Source of the DNA: Alphaproteobacteria bacterium | GTDB lineage: Bacteria; Pseudomonadota; Alphaproteobacteria; Bin95 | Reading direction: 5' to 3' | NCBI GenBank assembly: GCA_963665325.3 | Contig: CAXXWS020000002.1 | Location: 32,001-96,000, forward strand | Length of the DNA stretch: 64,000 nucleotides | Shown here: positions 45,082 to 54,873 of the stretch, in pieces | How positions within the stretch are numbered: position 1 is the stretch's first letter | Layout: each line of letters opens with the position of its first letter | Made by a program: the position numbers and the translations under genes | Notes under the pieces: generated by a model | Databases searched by the model: none | Told to the model about the DNA's origin: nothing | The model's input: the letters and a program-made list of their open reading frames with translations, nothing else

Positions 45082-46767
45082 TCACGAAAGGGAAAGGCTG
45101 CCCGCGCGGTTAACGGCGCTGGTGACCGCCTTGAGGGAGGCGGAGACGATGTCCGGGTCCATGCCGGCGCCGTGGACGGTGCCGCCGTCGGGCCGCGTCA
45201 TCTGCACGAAGGCTGCGGCCGTGGCGCTGGCGCCCTTTCCGACCGCATGCTCATGGAAGTCGGTCAGCGTGAGGTCGAGGCCGTAGGTGTTGCGCAGCGC
45301 ATCCATATAGGCGTCGATCGGCCCGTTGCCGCGCCCCGTGATCGACCGCTCGACGCCGTTCTCGCGCAGCGTCGCGGTGATGATCCGCATTTCCGAGGCG
45401 TGGGGATCGGGACGGGTCGCATCCGAGACGAACTCCAGCGGTGTCGCGGCCTTGAGATAGGCGCCCTCGAACGCCTCCCAGATGCGCGCCGGCGCCAGCT
45501 CTTCCTCGGTCTCGTCGGCGATCTGCTGCACCTGCTGGCTGAACTCGACCTGCACCGAGCGCGGCAGCGAGATGCCGTATGCGCGTTCCAGGATATAGGC
45601 GATGCCCCCCTTGCCGGACTGGCTGTTGATTCGCACCACCGTCTCGTAGGTGCGGCCGAGGTCCGCCGGGTCGATGGGCAGGTAGGGCACCTCCCAGACC
45701 GGGCTGTTGGCCTGCTCCAGCGCGGTGAAGCCCTTCTTGATCGCGTCCTGGTGCGAGCCGGAGAAGGCGGTATAGACCAGCTCGCCCGCCCAGGGATGGC
45801 GCGGATGGACCGGCAGGCGGTTGCAATGCTCCGCCACCTCGATGGTGTGGTTGATGTCCGAGAAGTCGAGGGCCGGATCGACGCCCTGGGTGTACATGTT
45901 GATCGCAAGCGTCACGATATCGACATTGCCGGTGCGCTCGCCATTGCCGAACAGCGTCCCTTCGATGCGTTCCGCGCCGGCCATGAAGGCGAGCTCGGCG
46001 GCGGCCACGCCCGTGCCCCGGTCGTTGTGCGGGTGCAGGCTCAGCACGATGCTGTCGCGCCGGGCAAGGTTGCGGTGCATCCACTCGATCTGGTCGGCGT
46101 AGATGTTCGGCGTCGCCATCTCCACCGTCGCCGGCAGGTTGACGATCATCTTGCGCTCGGGCGTCGGCTGCCAGACTTCCGAGACCGCATCGCAGATGTC
46201 CCTGGCGTAGTCGAGCTCGGTGCCGGTGAAGCTCTCCGGCGAATACTGGTAGATGACCTCGGTTTCCGGGACCGTCGGCGTCAGCTCCCTGATGAGTTTC
46301 GCGCCATCGACGGCGATCTTCGTGATGCCGTCCCGGTCCTGGCCGAAGACGACACGGCGCTGCAGCGTCGAGGTCGAGTTGTAGAGGTGCACGATGGCCC
46401 GGCGCGACCCGGCGATGGCCTCGAAGGAGCGCCGGATCAGCTCGTCGCGCGACTGGGTGAGCACCTGGATGGTGACATCGTCGGGGATCATTCCCTTGTC
46501 GATGATGTGGCGGCAGAAGTCGAAATCGGTCTGGCTGGCGGAGGGGAAGCCGACCTCGATCTCCTTGAAGCCGAGGCGCAGGAGTTCCTCGAACATGCGC
46601 AGCTTCCGCCGGAGGCCCATCGGCTCCACGAGCGCCTGGTTGCCGTCGCGCAGATCGACGGAGCACCAGATGGGCGGGCGGGTGATGACGGCGCCCGGCC
46701 AGGTCCGGTCGGGCAGGTCGATCGGCTGGAAGGGCGGGTATTTGTCGGCGGGGTCGATACTGGGCAT
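45082..46767 (-). CDS. leuA: 2-isopropylmalate synthase (yeast/Mycobacterium-type)
   Basis: WCSVDLRDGNQAL, HPHNDRG, GNGERTGN, AFSGSHQDAIKKG, GNGPID. Confidence 0.97.
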   Translation of the reverse strand: MPSIDPADKYPPFQPIDLPDRTWPGAVITRPPIWCSVDLRDGNQALVEPMGLRRKLRMFEELLRLGFKEIEVGFPSASQTDFDFCRHIIDKGMIPDDVTIQVLTQSRDELIRRSFEAIAGSRRAIVHLYNSTSTLQRRVVFGQDRDGITKIAVDGAKLIRELTPTVPETEVIYQYSPESFTGTELDYARDICDAVSEVWQPTPERKMIVNLPATVEMATPNIYADQIEWMHRNLARRDSIVLSLHPHNDRGTGVAAAELAFMAGAERIEGTLFGNGERTGNVDIVTLAINMYTQGVDPALDFSDINHTIEVAEHCNRLPVHPRHPWAGELVYTAFSGSHQDAIKKGFTALEQANSPVWEVPYLPIDPADLGRTYETVVRINSQSGKGGIAYILERAYGISLPRSVQVEFSQQVQQIADETEEELAPARIWEAFEGAYLKAATPLEFVSDATRPDPHASEMRIITATLRENGVERSITGRGNGPIDAYMDALRNTYGLDLTLTDFHEHAVGKGASATAAAFVQMTRPDGGTVHGAGMDPDIVSASLKAVTSAVNRAGSLSLS

Positions 46768-46884
46768 GGGACTAAAGCGGTCCTCGGTTTCCGCGCGGCG
46801 CATATCGGGCGGTCAGCGCGGCTTCGAATCTTGGAAATGCAGGGACGTTCGACGGCGGTGAGGTCACACCCGCCGGGCAGCCGT

Positions 46885-46941
46885 TCAGGCCCGGCGAGCG
46901 CCGGTAAGGCCCAGAAGCAGAATGCCGCGAAGGTCGAACAT
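46885..46941 (-). CDS. Leucine-rich leader peptide of leuA (MFDLRGILLLGLTGARRA)
   Basis: 18-aa ORF with 5 Leu codons (three consecutive), about 120 nt upstream of leuA on the same strand. Confidence 0.7.
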   Translation of the reverse strand: MFDLRGILLLGLTGARRA

Positions 46942-47050
46942 GATGGACCGGCTTATAGGGGAGCGCCGCCGGGCCTGTCAACGGGTTCTGGACCGGCGCT
47001 CCGGAACGGGCTACCGAGGGGGCGTGCTTTCGAGGAACGGGAGACAGAGG

Positions 47051-47776
47051 ATGCGTTTGCAGGGTCGGGTTGCGGCGGTGACGGGGGCTGGCGGCGGGAT
47101 CGGCGGGGCGGTTGCGGCCGCCTTCCGCGCCGAAGGAGCCATCGTGGTGGGGGCGGACCTCAAGGCGGACGGGCTCGGTCCGGACGGCCTGGTCATAGAC
47201 GTGTCGAATCCTGAGGATGCGAGGCGCCTTGTGTCCGAGACGGTCGCGCGCCACGGCCGCATCGACATTCTCGCCAATGTGGCGGGCACCAGCCTGCGGC
47301 ATGCGTTCCTCGACGTGACGCAGGAAGACTTCGACCGCATCCTCCGGGTCAACCTCCACGGCAGCTTCTACTGCGCGCAGGAGGCGGCCCGCGCCATGGC
47401 CGAAGCCGGCTACGGGCGCATCGTCAATATCGCGTCCATCTCCGGTGTGCGCGCGGGCGCCGAGCGCACGGCCTACGGCATATCCAAGGCGGGTGTCATC
47501 GCGCTGACGCAGCAGGCGGCGCATGAGCTGGCGCCCTTCGGCATCACGGTGAACGCCATCGCGCCGGGGCCGGTCGATACCGAGCTTACCCGCGTCCATC
47601 ACACGCCCGCCGCCCGCGCCAACTACAAGCGCATGATCCCTGCCGGCCGTTACGGCCTCTGCGAGGAGATGGCGGACGCGGCAGTGTTCCTCGCGGGCGA
47701 GGCGGCGGCTTACGTTAACGGCGTCGTGCTCCCCGTGGACGGCGGCTACCTCGCCGCCGGCGTTCGCGAGGACTGA
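47051..47776 (+). CDS. SDR family oxidoreductase
   Basis: TGAGGGIG, YGISK, VNAIAPG, VDGG. Confidence 0.92.
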   Translation: MRLQGRVAAVTGAGGGIGGAVAAAFRAEGAIVVGADLKADGLGPDGLVIDVSNPEDARRLVSETVARHGRIDILANVAGTSLRHAFLDVTQEDFDRILRVNLHGSFYCAQEAARAMAEAGYGRIVNIASISGVRAGAERTAYGISKAGVIALTQQAAHELAPFGITVNAIAPGPVDTELTRVHHTPAARANYKRMIPAGRYGLCEEMADAAVFLAGEAAAYVNGVVLPVDGGYLAAGVRED

Positions 47777-47793
47777 CGCTCGAATCCGGGCCA

Positions 47794-47822
47794 TTGACAA
47801 GCCGCGCCCGGCAACCACTATT
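47794..47822 (+). promoter_or_regulatory. Putative sigma70 promoter of argD-argF-hslO
   Basis: TTGACA then CACTAT(T) at 16-17 bp spacing. Confidence 0.45.
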
Positions 47823-47887
47823 GCGCGCTTCCCCGCCGGCTCGCGGCGGGGATGTCGTTTGAAGAACTCTCTGAAGGAGACCCACTC

Positions 47888-49069
47888 GTGATCGCCCCCC
47901 TGATGCCGACCTATGGGGATCGGGACATCGCTTTCGAGAAAGGCGAGGGACCGTACCTCTTCGCGTCCGACGGGCGGCGGTTCCTGGACTTCGGCGGCGG
48001 GATTGCCGTGACCGCTCTCGGCCACGCCCATCCCGGCCTTGTTGCCGCGCTCCAGGATCAGGCCGGCCGGCTTTGGCATACCTCGAACCTGTACAATATC
48101 CCCAACCAGGAGCGAGCCGGGCGACGACTGGCCGACAACAGCTTCGCGGACACGGTCTTCTTCTGCAATTCCGGCCTCGAGGCCATCGAGTGCGGCATCA
48201 AGCTCGTGCGCAAGCACTATGCCGACAAGGGCGAGCCGGAACGCTTCCGCATTATTACCGTCGAAGGCTGCTTCCACGGCCGCTCGCTCGCCTCCATCGC
48301 GGCTTCCGGCCAGGAGAAGCTCTACAAGGGCTTCGGCCCGGTGACGGAGGGCTTCGACCAGGTGGCCTTCGGCAATCTCAACGAGCTGCGCGCCGCCGTG
48401 ACGGCTGAGACCTGCGCCGTGCTTGTCGAGCCGGTGCAGGGCGAGGGCGGCATCCGCCCGATGTCCACGGATTACCTGAAGGGCGTCCGCGCGCTTTGCG
48501 ACGAATTCGGTCTCTTGATGTTCCTCGACGAGGTGCAGTGCGGCATGGGCCGCACGGGCAAGCTGTTCGCCTATGAATGGTCCGGCATCCGCCCGGACGT
48601 GATGGCGCTCGCCAAGGGCCTCGGCGGCGGCTTCCCCGTCGGCGCCTGCCTCGCGACGGAAGAGGCAGCGTCGGGTATGGTCGCCGGCACGCACGGCTCC
48701 ACCTTCGGCGGCAACCCGCTGGCGACGGCGGTCGTCAACGCCGTGCTGGATGCGCTGCTGGCCGAGGGCTTCCTCGATGGCGTGCAGGCGCGTGCTGCGG
48801 ACCTGCACGGGCGTCTGGAGGCGCTTGCGACACGCTATCCCGACACGATTCTGGACGTGCGCGGCATGGGCATGATGGTCGGCATCCGGGTCGGCCCCGC
48901 CAATGGCGAGTTCGTCGGCGCGCTGCGCCGCCAGGGCCTGCTGGCGGTGCCGGCGGGCGAGAATGTCGTGCGCCTGCTGCCGCCGCTGGTCGTCGAGGAT
49001 GCGCATGTCGGCGAGGCGGTCGGCATGGTCGAAGGCGCTTGCCGGGAATTTGCCGCCGCCGCTGCGTGA
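47888..49069 (+). CDS. argD: Acetylornithine aminotransferase
   Basis: LWHTSNLY, FHGRS, EPVQGEGG, DEVQCGMGRTG, AKGLGGG, HGSTFGGNPL; GTG after GAAGGAGA. Confidence 0.94.
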   Translation: MIAPLMPTYGDRDIAFEKGEGPYLFASDGRRFLDFGGGIAVTALGHAHPGLVAALQDQAGRLWHTSNLYNIPNQERAGRRLADNSFADTVFFCNSGLEAIECGIKLVRKHYADKGEPERFRIITVEGCFHGRSLASIAASGQEKLYKGFGPVTEGFDQVAFGNLNELRAAVTAETCAVLVEPVQGEGGIRPMSTDYLKGVRALCDEFGLLMFLDEVQCGMGRTGKLFAYEWSGIRPDVMALAKGLGGGFPVGACLATEEAASGMVAGTHGSTFGGNPLATAVVNAVLDALLAEGFLDGVQARAADLHGRLEALATRYPDTILDVRGMGMMVGIRVGPANGEFVGALRRQGLLAVPAGENVVRLLPPLVVEDAHVGEAVGMVEGACREFAAAAA

Positions 49070-49075
49070 GAGCGT

Positions 49076-49978
49076 ATGAACGCGCCGCGCCACTTCCTCG
49101 ACCTTAAGGACTACGACGGGGCTGCGCTCCGTCGTATCCTCGACCGCGCCCTCGCCTTCAAGGCGGGGGACCCGGCGCGGCCGCTCGAGGGCAAGACGCT
49201 CGCCATGATCTTCGAGCAGCCCTCGACCCGCACCCGCGTGTCCTTTGAGGTCGCCATGCGCCAGCTCGGCGGCCATGTCATCGTGCTTTCGGGCCAGGAC
49301 ACGCAGGTCAAGCGCGGCGAAAGCTGGGCCGACACGGCGCGGGTGCTGTCGCGCTATGTCGATGCGATCATGATCCGCACCGACAATCACGACAAGCTGA
49401 CCGAGCTCGCCGCCAACTCGGAGGTGCCGGTCATCAACGGCCTGACGGACCGCTCGCATCCCTGCCAGCTCATGGCGGATGTGATGACCTTCGAGGAGCA
49501 GCGCGGCGCCATCGCGGGCAAGCGCGTCGCCTGGAGCGGCGACGGCAACAATGTCGCGACGAGCTGGATCCACGCCGCGGCGCGTTTCGACTTCGATTTC
49601 GCCGTCGGCTGCCCGCCGGAGCGCCGACCGCCGGCCGAAGCGCTCGCCTGGGCGGAGGCGAACGGTGCGCGGGTGAGCGTCCATGACGACCCCGTTGCCG
49701 CCGTGCGCAATGCGGACGCGGTCGTAACCGATGTCTGGGTCTCGATGAACGACGGCGGGGAACAAAGCCGCCACAATCTGCTCGCACCGTACCGCGTGGA
49801 CGAACGCCTGATGGCGCGGGCGCTGCCGGACGCGATTTTCCTGCATTGTCTGCCCGCGCACCGTGAGGAAGAAGTGTCGGGCGCGGTGATCGACGGGCCG
49901 CAATCGGTCGTCTGGGACGAGGCGGAAAACCGGCTGCACGCCCAGAAGGGCATTCTCGCCTGGTGCCTCGGGCGGTAG
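49076..49978 (+). CDS. argF: Ornithine carbamoyltransferase
   Basis: [29 protein letters not shown]. Confidence 0.97.
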   Translation: MNAPRHFLDLKDYDGAALRRILDRALAFKAGDPARPLEGKTLAMIFEQPSTRTRVSFEVAMRQLGGHVIVLSGQDTQVKRGESWADTARVLSRYVDAIMIRTDNHDKLTELAANSEVPVINGLTDRSHPCQLMADVMTFEEQRGAIAGKRVAWSGDGNNVATSWIHAAARFDFDFAVGCPPERRPPAEALAWAEANGARVSVHDDPVAAVRNADAVVTDVWVSMNDGGEQSRHNLLAPYRVDERLMARALPDAIFLHCLPAHREEEVSGAVIDGPQSVVWDEAENRLHAQKGILAWCLGR

Positions 49979-49987
49979 CGCCGGCGC

Positions 49988-50884
49988 ATGGACGGACAGG
50001 CGGCGTTTCGCGACGATTATGTGCGGCCCTTCCGGCTCGGCGGCACGCGGGTGCGCGGTCGCCTTGTGCGGCTCGGGCCGGAAGTCGCGCAGATTCTCGA
50101 CCGGCACGCCTATCCCGACGCGCAGGCAGAGGTGCTCGGCGAATCGCTGGCCATTGCGGCCGCGCTCTCGCAGTCGCTCAAGGCCGAGGGCATCTTCACG
50201 CTCCAGGTCGAGGGCAAAGGTCCGATCCGGCGGCTGGTGGCGGATATCGACGCATCGGGGCTCATGCGTGGCTTCGCGGGCTTCGACGGGGAGATGCCCT
50301 CGGACGGGTCCGGCGGTGCACCCTTCGGGTCCGGCTATCTGGCGTTTACTTTCGACCCCGCGGACGGCGGCGAGCGCTACCAGGGCGTGGTCGAACTGGC
50401 GGAGGGCGGCCTGACTGCCTCCGTGTTGCACTATTTCCGCCAGTCGGAACAGATCGACACCTGCCTTGCGGCTGCCTGCGGCCGGCGCAGCGGCGACTGG
50501 CGCGCGGCGGCGCTGATGCTCCAGCGGCTGCCGGATGAACATCCGGACCCGTCGGAGGAAACCGGCGAGCTCTGGACCAGGCTCGGGCATTACATGCAAA
50601 CCGTCGGGCCGGACGAGCTGCTGGATCCCGCGCTGCCGGGGGATGCGTTGCTCCTGCGCCTCTTCCACCGCGACGAGTTGCGCGTCGATCCCCAGCGCCG
50701 GCTCCGCGACGGCTGCCGCTGCGGCGGCCGGGCACGGATGGAGACCGTGCTCCGCGCGCTGTCCGCCGGCGAGACGGACGACCTGCGCCGTGAGGACGGC
50801 TCGCTGGAGATGGTCTGCCAGTTCTGCGGCCGCGCCGAAGCCTTCTCCGCCGACCAGGCCACCGCCCTCGTCCGCACCTCGTAG
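49988..50884 (+). CDS. hslO: Hsp33 redox chaperone
   Basis: VRGRLVRL, RYQGVV, YFRQSEQ, CRC...CQFC zinc switch. Confidence 0.93.
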   Translation: MDGQAAFRDDYVRPFRLGGTRVRGRLVRLGPEVAQILDRHAYPDAQAEVLGESLAIAAALSQSLKAEGIFTLQVEGKGPIRRLVADIDASGLMRGFAGFDGEMPSDGSGGAPFGSGYLAFTFDPADGGERYQGVVELAEGGLTASVLHYFRQSEQIDTCLAAACGRRSGDWRAAALMLQRLPDEHPDPSEETGELWTRLGHYMQTVGPDELLDPALPGDALLLRLFHRDELRVDPQRRLRDGCRCGGRARMETVLRALSAGETDDLRREDGSLEMVCQFCGRAEAFSADQATALVRTS

Positions 50885-50955
50885 CGGCGCCGGGTTCCGA
50901 GAGACGCGATGCAGCGCGTCCGCCGGGGCCCACTCCAGCGAAGTGTCATGAGTTG

Positions 50956-51936
50956 TCATGTTCTGTCATGGTCCGGCGCGGAACCGGCGCCCTCGAGCCC
51001 GGTCTTCCTTCCCCTCTTCTTCTTTTTCTTTTTCGTCGCCGGTCCACTCCAGTCACCGTCTTCGCCGCCGCCCCGTTCTTCCCGTTCGAGGCGGTTCCGC
51101 GTTCGCTGCCCGACCTCCTCCGGGGCCCAGGGGGCGTAGATTTCGTCGTAGCCGTTGCGGCGCTGGTAGAGCCAGTCATGTTCGGCGCCGTCGGCCCTGT
51201 CACCGTCGACCCTGTCCTCGTCGCCGGACCCTTCGCCACCTGCCCACGGGCAATCCTCGTAGGTCTCCTCGGGCGGGTCGTCGGCGGGGGGCCGGTCTTC
51301 GGGCGAAGCCGGTTCGGGGGCCTCGAAGCAGACGGGCAGTCGCGTCCGCTCCTCGACGGCCCCGGCGAGCCTGCGGGCAACCTCCTCATGCGCGGCCCCG
51401 TCGAAGCCCTCCTGCGCCTCAAGCTCCTCCCGGCTGGCATGGTGCCGCGCGAGCGCGCATCGGGCGCGGTCGAGGCCGCTGCGCACGGCCTCGACGAGCG
51501 GCCCGGGTTCGGCTCCGGCCTCCTCAGCCTCGCCCGCTTCGATCTCGCCGAACTCGTCCTCGTGCGGCAGCGGCCAGAGCCCCGCACGGCGCGCGGTCGT
51601 CGGCCCCGTAAGCCCCGCGATCTCGGCCTGGAAGCGCAGCACCCGGAGCATCGTGTAGGCCGAGCCGCTGGCGACGGCCGCGTCCCACGCCTGCTCCAGC
51701 CGGGCAAGCAGGATGCGGGCCTCGTCCCGCTCGGTGCGCTTCCATGACAGGCGGATGCGCCGCAGCCGTTCGACAATGTAGGGTCGTTCCAATAAGGCGC
51801 AGCCGGTCTGGCGGGCGGAGCGCCCGGAGTAGCCGGCCTGCCTTGCAGCGTCTGCGGCATTGCCGGAGACGGCATAGTGGCGGCAGAAGGCTTCCTGGCG
51901 TGTGGACAGCGCGACGGCGGGTTGGATGATGGGCAT
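50956..51936 (-). CDS. Terminase small subunit-like HTH protein with long low-complexity tail
   Basis: N-terminus LSTRQEAFCRHYAVSGNAADAARQAGYS..SARQTGCALLERPYI fits Terminase_2 (PF03592) pattern; AAGGAG RBS. Confidence 0.75.
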   Translation of the reverse strand: MPIIQPAVALSTRQEAFCRHYAVSGNAADAARQAGYSGRSARQTGCALLERPYIVERLRRIRLSWKRTERDEARILLARLEQAWDAAVASGSAYTMLRVLRFQAEIAGLTGPTTARRAGLWPLPHEDEFGEIEAGEAEEAGAEPGPLVEAVRSGLDRARCALARHHASREELEAQEGFDGAAHEEVARRLAGAVEERTRLPVCFEAPEPASPEDRPPADDPPEETYEDCPWAGGEGSGDEDRVDGDRADGAEHDWLYQRRNGYDEIYAPWAPEEVGQRTRNRLEREERGGGEDGDWSGPATKKKKKKRGRKTGLEGAGSAPDHDRT

Positions 51937-51953
51937 GGGGCGGAGCTCCTTTC

Positions 51954-51968
51954 GTTCCGCTAACGTTC
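51954..51968. promoter_or_regulatory. Alphaproteobacterial LexA (SOS) box
   Basis: GTTC-CGCTAAC-GTTC, exact GTTC-N7-GTTC, immediately upstream of the RBS of the TerS-like gene. Confidence 0.7.
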
Positions 51969-52282
51969 TTTCGAGTCGAACCTGATTTCAGGGCCGACAC
52001 ACAGCCATCACCCCGACCCGTCTCCGGAGCGACCCTGTTTCGCGCGTATCGCGGGCGGGCGCGGGCGCGTGTTGGCGCCGGCGCGGTTCGCGCGCCTGAT
52101 TGCGCGCGCGAGCCGGAGGACGCACTTCGCCTGTTTGTTGAATCGGGGTTGTTCTGCGCCGGGCCGGCGCGAAGGGAAGCGGACCATGGATACCGCTTCC
52201 CTCGGAGCCATTGTAGCATAATTTCCTGAGGGTCAAGCCTGTTTCGGAATTAATTCAAAACAAGAGAACAAGAAGTCATGCC

Positions 52283-52560
52283 GGCGGCTTCACCGCCGGG
52301 CGCGTCATCGGCAAGTGGATCGGCTTCTACAACACCATCAGGCCGCACTCGGCGCTGGGCGGACGGACGCCGGCCGAGGCCTACTGGGACGGCCCGCCTG
52401 TGGATATGATGGACGAGCCGCTTCGCGCCTTGACCACATCCCCACAGGCGCAGCAGCAGCAACAGGAAGATCGACTCAAGGGGATTCTGGCGGCCTGAAC
52501 TTCAACCGGGATACATCTTAACTCAGCCGTCAGGCTGTCCGACGAACCGAGGCCACCTCA
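52283..52560 (+). mobile_element. IS3-family remnant (3' end of OrfB and right end)
   Basis: Frame encodes GFTAGRVIGKWIGFYNTIRPHSALGGRTPAEAY (stop 52496-52498); terminus CTGTCCGACGAACCGAGGCCACCTCA ends in CA. Confidence 0.85.
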
Positions 52561-52587
52561 GACGTTCTGAGCGGGGAGAGGGCGCGC

Positions 52588-53058
52588 ATGCTCAAGGACC
52601 ACACCTATACCGCGACCGTCACCTGGACCGGCAACCGGGGCGATGGCACGCGCCGATACCGGGGCTACGGCCGGGAGCATGACATCGCCTGCCCGGGCAA
52701 GCCGGTCCTCCGCGGCTCGGCCGACCCGGCCTACCGGGGCGATGCGGACCGGCACAATCCGGAGGACATGCTGGTCGCCGCACTCTCGGCCTGCCACATG
52801 CTCTGGTACCTGCATCTCTGCGCGAGCGCCGGGGTCGTCGTCACGGCCTATGAGGACCACGCAGAAGGCACGATGCAAACCCACGCCGACGGCGCCGGCG
52901 AGTTCGCCAGGGTCACGCTCCGGCCGCGCGTGACGATAACCGGGGAGAGCGATCCGGCAACAGCGGAACGGCTGCACGAACAGGCCAACGCGATGTGCTT
53001 CATCGCCCGCTCGGTGACCTTCCCGGTCGGCCATGCGCCGGAGATCGTGCGGGCCTGA
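52588..53058 (+). CDS. OsmC family protein
   Basis: WTGN.G.GT, GSADP..RGD...NPE, SACHMLWYL, CFIARSV. Confidence 0.93.
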   Translation: MLKDHTYTATVTWTGNRGDGTRRYRGYGREHDIACPGKPVLRGSADPAYRGDADRHNPEDMLVAALSACHMLWYLHLCASAGVVVTAYEDHAEGTMQTHADGAGEFARVTLRPRVTITGESDPATAERLHEQANAMCFIARSVTFPVGHAPEIVRA

Positions 53059-53116
53059 CGCCGCGCCATTCGATACGCCGCGGATTTCATCCGCAGCTAC
53101 TCAGGGTGAGGAGATG

Positions 53117-53186
53117 GTGCCGGGAAGGGAAACCCTTACAAACCTCCCTCATTCCGAGTAGCCCCGGACTTGTTCCCGGCATGACG
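53117..53186. repeat. Degenerate REP-like palindrome
   Basis: GTGCCGGGAA...CCCCGGACTTGTTCCCGGCATGAC between convergent genes, resembling alphaproteobacterial GTCAT...ATGAC REP elements; a related half-site CCTGCGCGGGGATGAC lies at about 25249-25264. Confidence 0.35.
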
Positions 53187-53255
53187 ACGAGAGGACGCGG
53201 CACGAAAGAGGCGCACACTTCCCGGTCAGGTCGGGAGGGCCCGGTTGCTTTCGGA

Positions 53256-54491
53256 CTACGCCGCCTTTCGCGCCCCTGCCTTGCTCGGAAGATTGAAGAC
53301 GCGGGCGGCGTTTCGGCCGAGAATGTTCCGCTTCTGATCTTCCGTGAGGAACGGGATGTCGTAGATGACGCGCGGCGCGTCGAAGTCGAAATGCGGCCAG
53401 TCCGAGGCGTAGAGGAGCTGCGTCTCGGCGTTTATCATCTCGAAGGTCGCTTTCAGGCCGACCTCGCTGCTCTTCTCCAGCGGCTGGCAGGTGTAGAAGC
53501 AGCTTTCCCGCATGTAGTCGGACGGCATCTTGGTCAGCAGCGGCGCTTCGCTCTGGCGCATCAGATACTGGTCGTCGAGGCGCTGCATCAGGAACGGGAC
53601 CCAGGAAAGCCCGCTCTCCACCCAGAGGCTGTTCAGATTAGGGAAACGCTCGGGGATACCGTTCAGGATCCAGTTGGTCATATGCACTAGGTTGCACCAC
53701 ACGAACCCCAGCGCATGCATGCCGAGGAAGCTGTTGCAGGTGGCGAGCGATGGGTCCTGCCAGTGGTAGCCGGCATGGAATGCGATGGGCTTGCCCGTTT
53801 CCTCGATCATCCGGTAGAGGCGCATATATTCGTTGGAGTGAACCGGCTTGTAGCGCGTCGAGGTGACGGTGAAGCCAATGACATTGGGGTTGGCGCCGAA
53901 CTCCTCGACCGTGCGGCAGGCGGCGTCCGGCGAGTTGAAGGGCAGCACGGCGAGCGACAGGATGCCGTCCTCGGCCGATAGCACATTCTCCGCCAGCCAG
54001 CGGTTGTAGGCGTTCGACAGAACCGCCTCCATCTCCACCTGCGGGTGCATGCCGATGAACAGCATCGGCGTCGGGAAGAGCACCATGTAGTCGACCGAGA
54101 GCGCTTCCATCGCCCGGCGCGTCAGCGCCACGTCGAGATGCACGCCCGGCTCGTCCACCTTCTCGCGCCGCGAGGACTGGTGCGGGATGCGCCCGCCGAC
54201 ATCCTGGTAGCGCAGGCCGAGATCGCCGTTGAGGCCGTAGGGCGGCGCGCCGATGCGCTCCTTCTGGTACATCGTCGCCTGGTGGCGCAGCACCGGATCC
54301 TCGATGTAATCGATGATCTCGTGCCAGTGCACCGTCTCGACATGGTGGGCGTCGATATCGACGATGGTCCAGTCGGCATAGCCGGCCTTGCGGGCATGGG
54401 CGCGGGCATGGGCCAGGTAATCGCGGGTGTCGGTCTCGACGCCCATTTCCTGAATCGGCATCGCGCTGGCGGTTCGGATCGCGGCATCCAT
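53256..54491 (-). CDS. Amidohydrolase_2 family protein
   Basis: VDIDAHH, LFPT, AYNRWL, FHAG, ESGLSW, YASDWPHFDFD. Confidence 0.9.
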   Translation of the reverse strand: MDAAIRTASAMPIQEMGVETDTRDYLAHARAHARKAGYADWTIVDIDAHHVETVHWHEIIDYIEDPVLRHQATMYQKERIGAPPYGLNGDLGLRYQDVGGRIPHQSSRREKVDEPGVHLDVALTRRAMEALSVDYMVLFPTPMLFIGMHPQVEMEAVLSNAYNRWLAENVLSAEDGILSLAVLPFNSPDAACRTVEEFGANPNVIGFTVTSTRYKPVHSNEYMRLYRMIEETGKPIAFHAGYHWQDPSLATCNSFLGMHALGFVWCNLVHMTNWILNGIPERFPNLNSLWVESGLSWVPFLMQRLDDQYLMRQSEAPLLTKMPSDYMRESCFYTCQPLEKSSEVGLKATFEMINAETQLLYASDWPHFDFDAPRVIYDIPFLTEDQKRNILGRNAARVFNLPSKAGARKAA

Positions 54492-54495
54492 GGGC

Positions 54496-54873
54496 TCAGG
54501 CCTCCTCTTGCGTCGCCGCAGGCGCGGCCTCGCTCAAATGGTAATCCTCCGGGCGGCGGCGCGCCCAGAGGCCGAATTCCATCGGCCCGAGGCGCAGCGC
54601 GCGCAGCAATTCGGTGACGGCGGTGAGCGCCTCGGTCGGCGTCACCACCTCGTCATAGCGGCCGCGCAGCGGGCGGAAGCTGCGGTCCTCGCCGTCCGCC
54701 TTGGCGGCGTAGAGCTTGACGGCGGCGGTCATCAGGTCGGCAACCGCGCTGTCCGGTATCCGGTGGGCCTCGCCGCGCTCGACCGCTTCGGCGGCCAGCG
54801 ACCAGAGCCGGCGCGCGTCCTCGTCGAAATCCGCATAGGGATCGTTATGGCCCCTCAGGTCAGAGGGAGACAT
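54496..54873 (-). CDS. Hypothetical protein coupled to Rieske gene
   Basis: LMTAAVKLYAAK, VTPTEA..AVTELLRA..L..MEFGLW; overlaps Rieske stop. Confidence 0.75.
   Translation of the reverse strand: MSPSDLRGHNDPYADFDEDARRLWSLAAEAVERGEAHRIPDSAVADLMTAAVKLYAAKADGEDRSFRPLRGRYDEVVTPTEALTAVTELLRALRLGPMEFGLWARRRPEDYHLSEAAPAATQEEA

Larger units (their letters stand above)
50926..52270 (-). mobile_element. Dispersed element copy C (longest; carries terminase-small-subunit-like gene)
   Basis: Minus strand: TTGACC-N15-TACAAT, hairpin GGGAAGCGG/CCGCTTCCC, core block, LexA box, ORF, CATGACA x3 (plus-strand TGTCATG at 50944/50954/50964); mobility is inferred only from dispersal. Confidence 0.7.

Noticed and set aside
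50926-52560. Prophage
   Set aside because: Only a TerS-like gene is present; no terL, structural, lysis or integrase genes in the window.
52275-53185. 10-bp inverted repeat GTCATGCCGG / CCGGCATGAC flanking the IS3 remnant and osmC
   Set aside because: Short and GC-rich; the right copy is already part of a local REP-like hairpin, so chance or REP debris is more likely.
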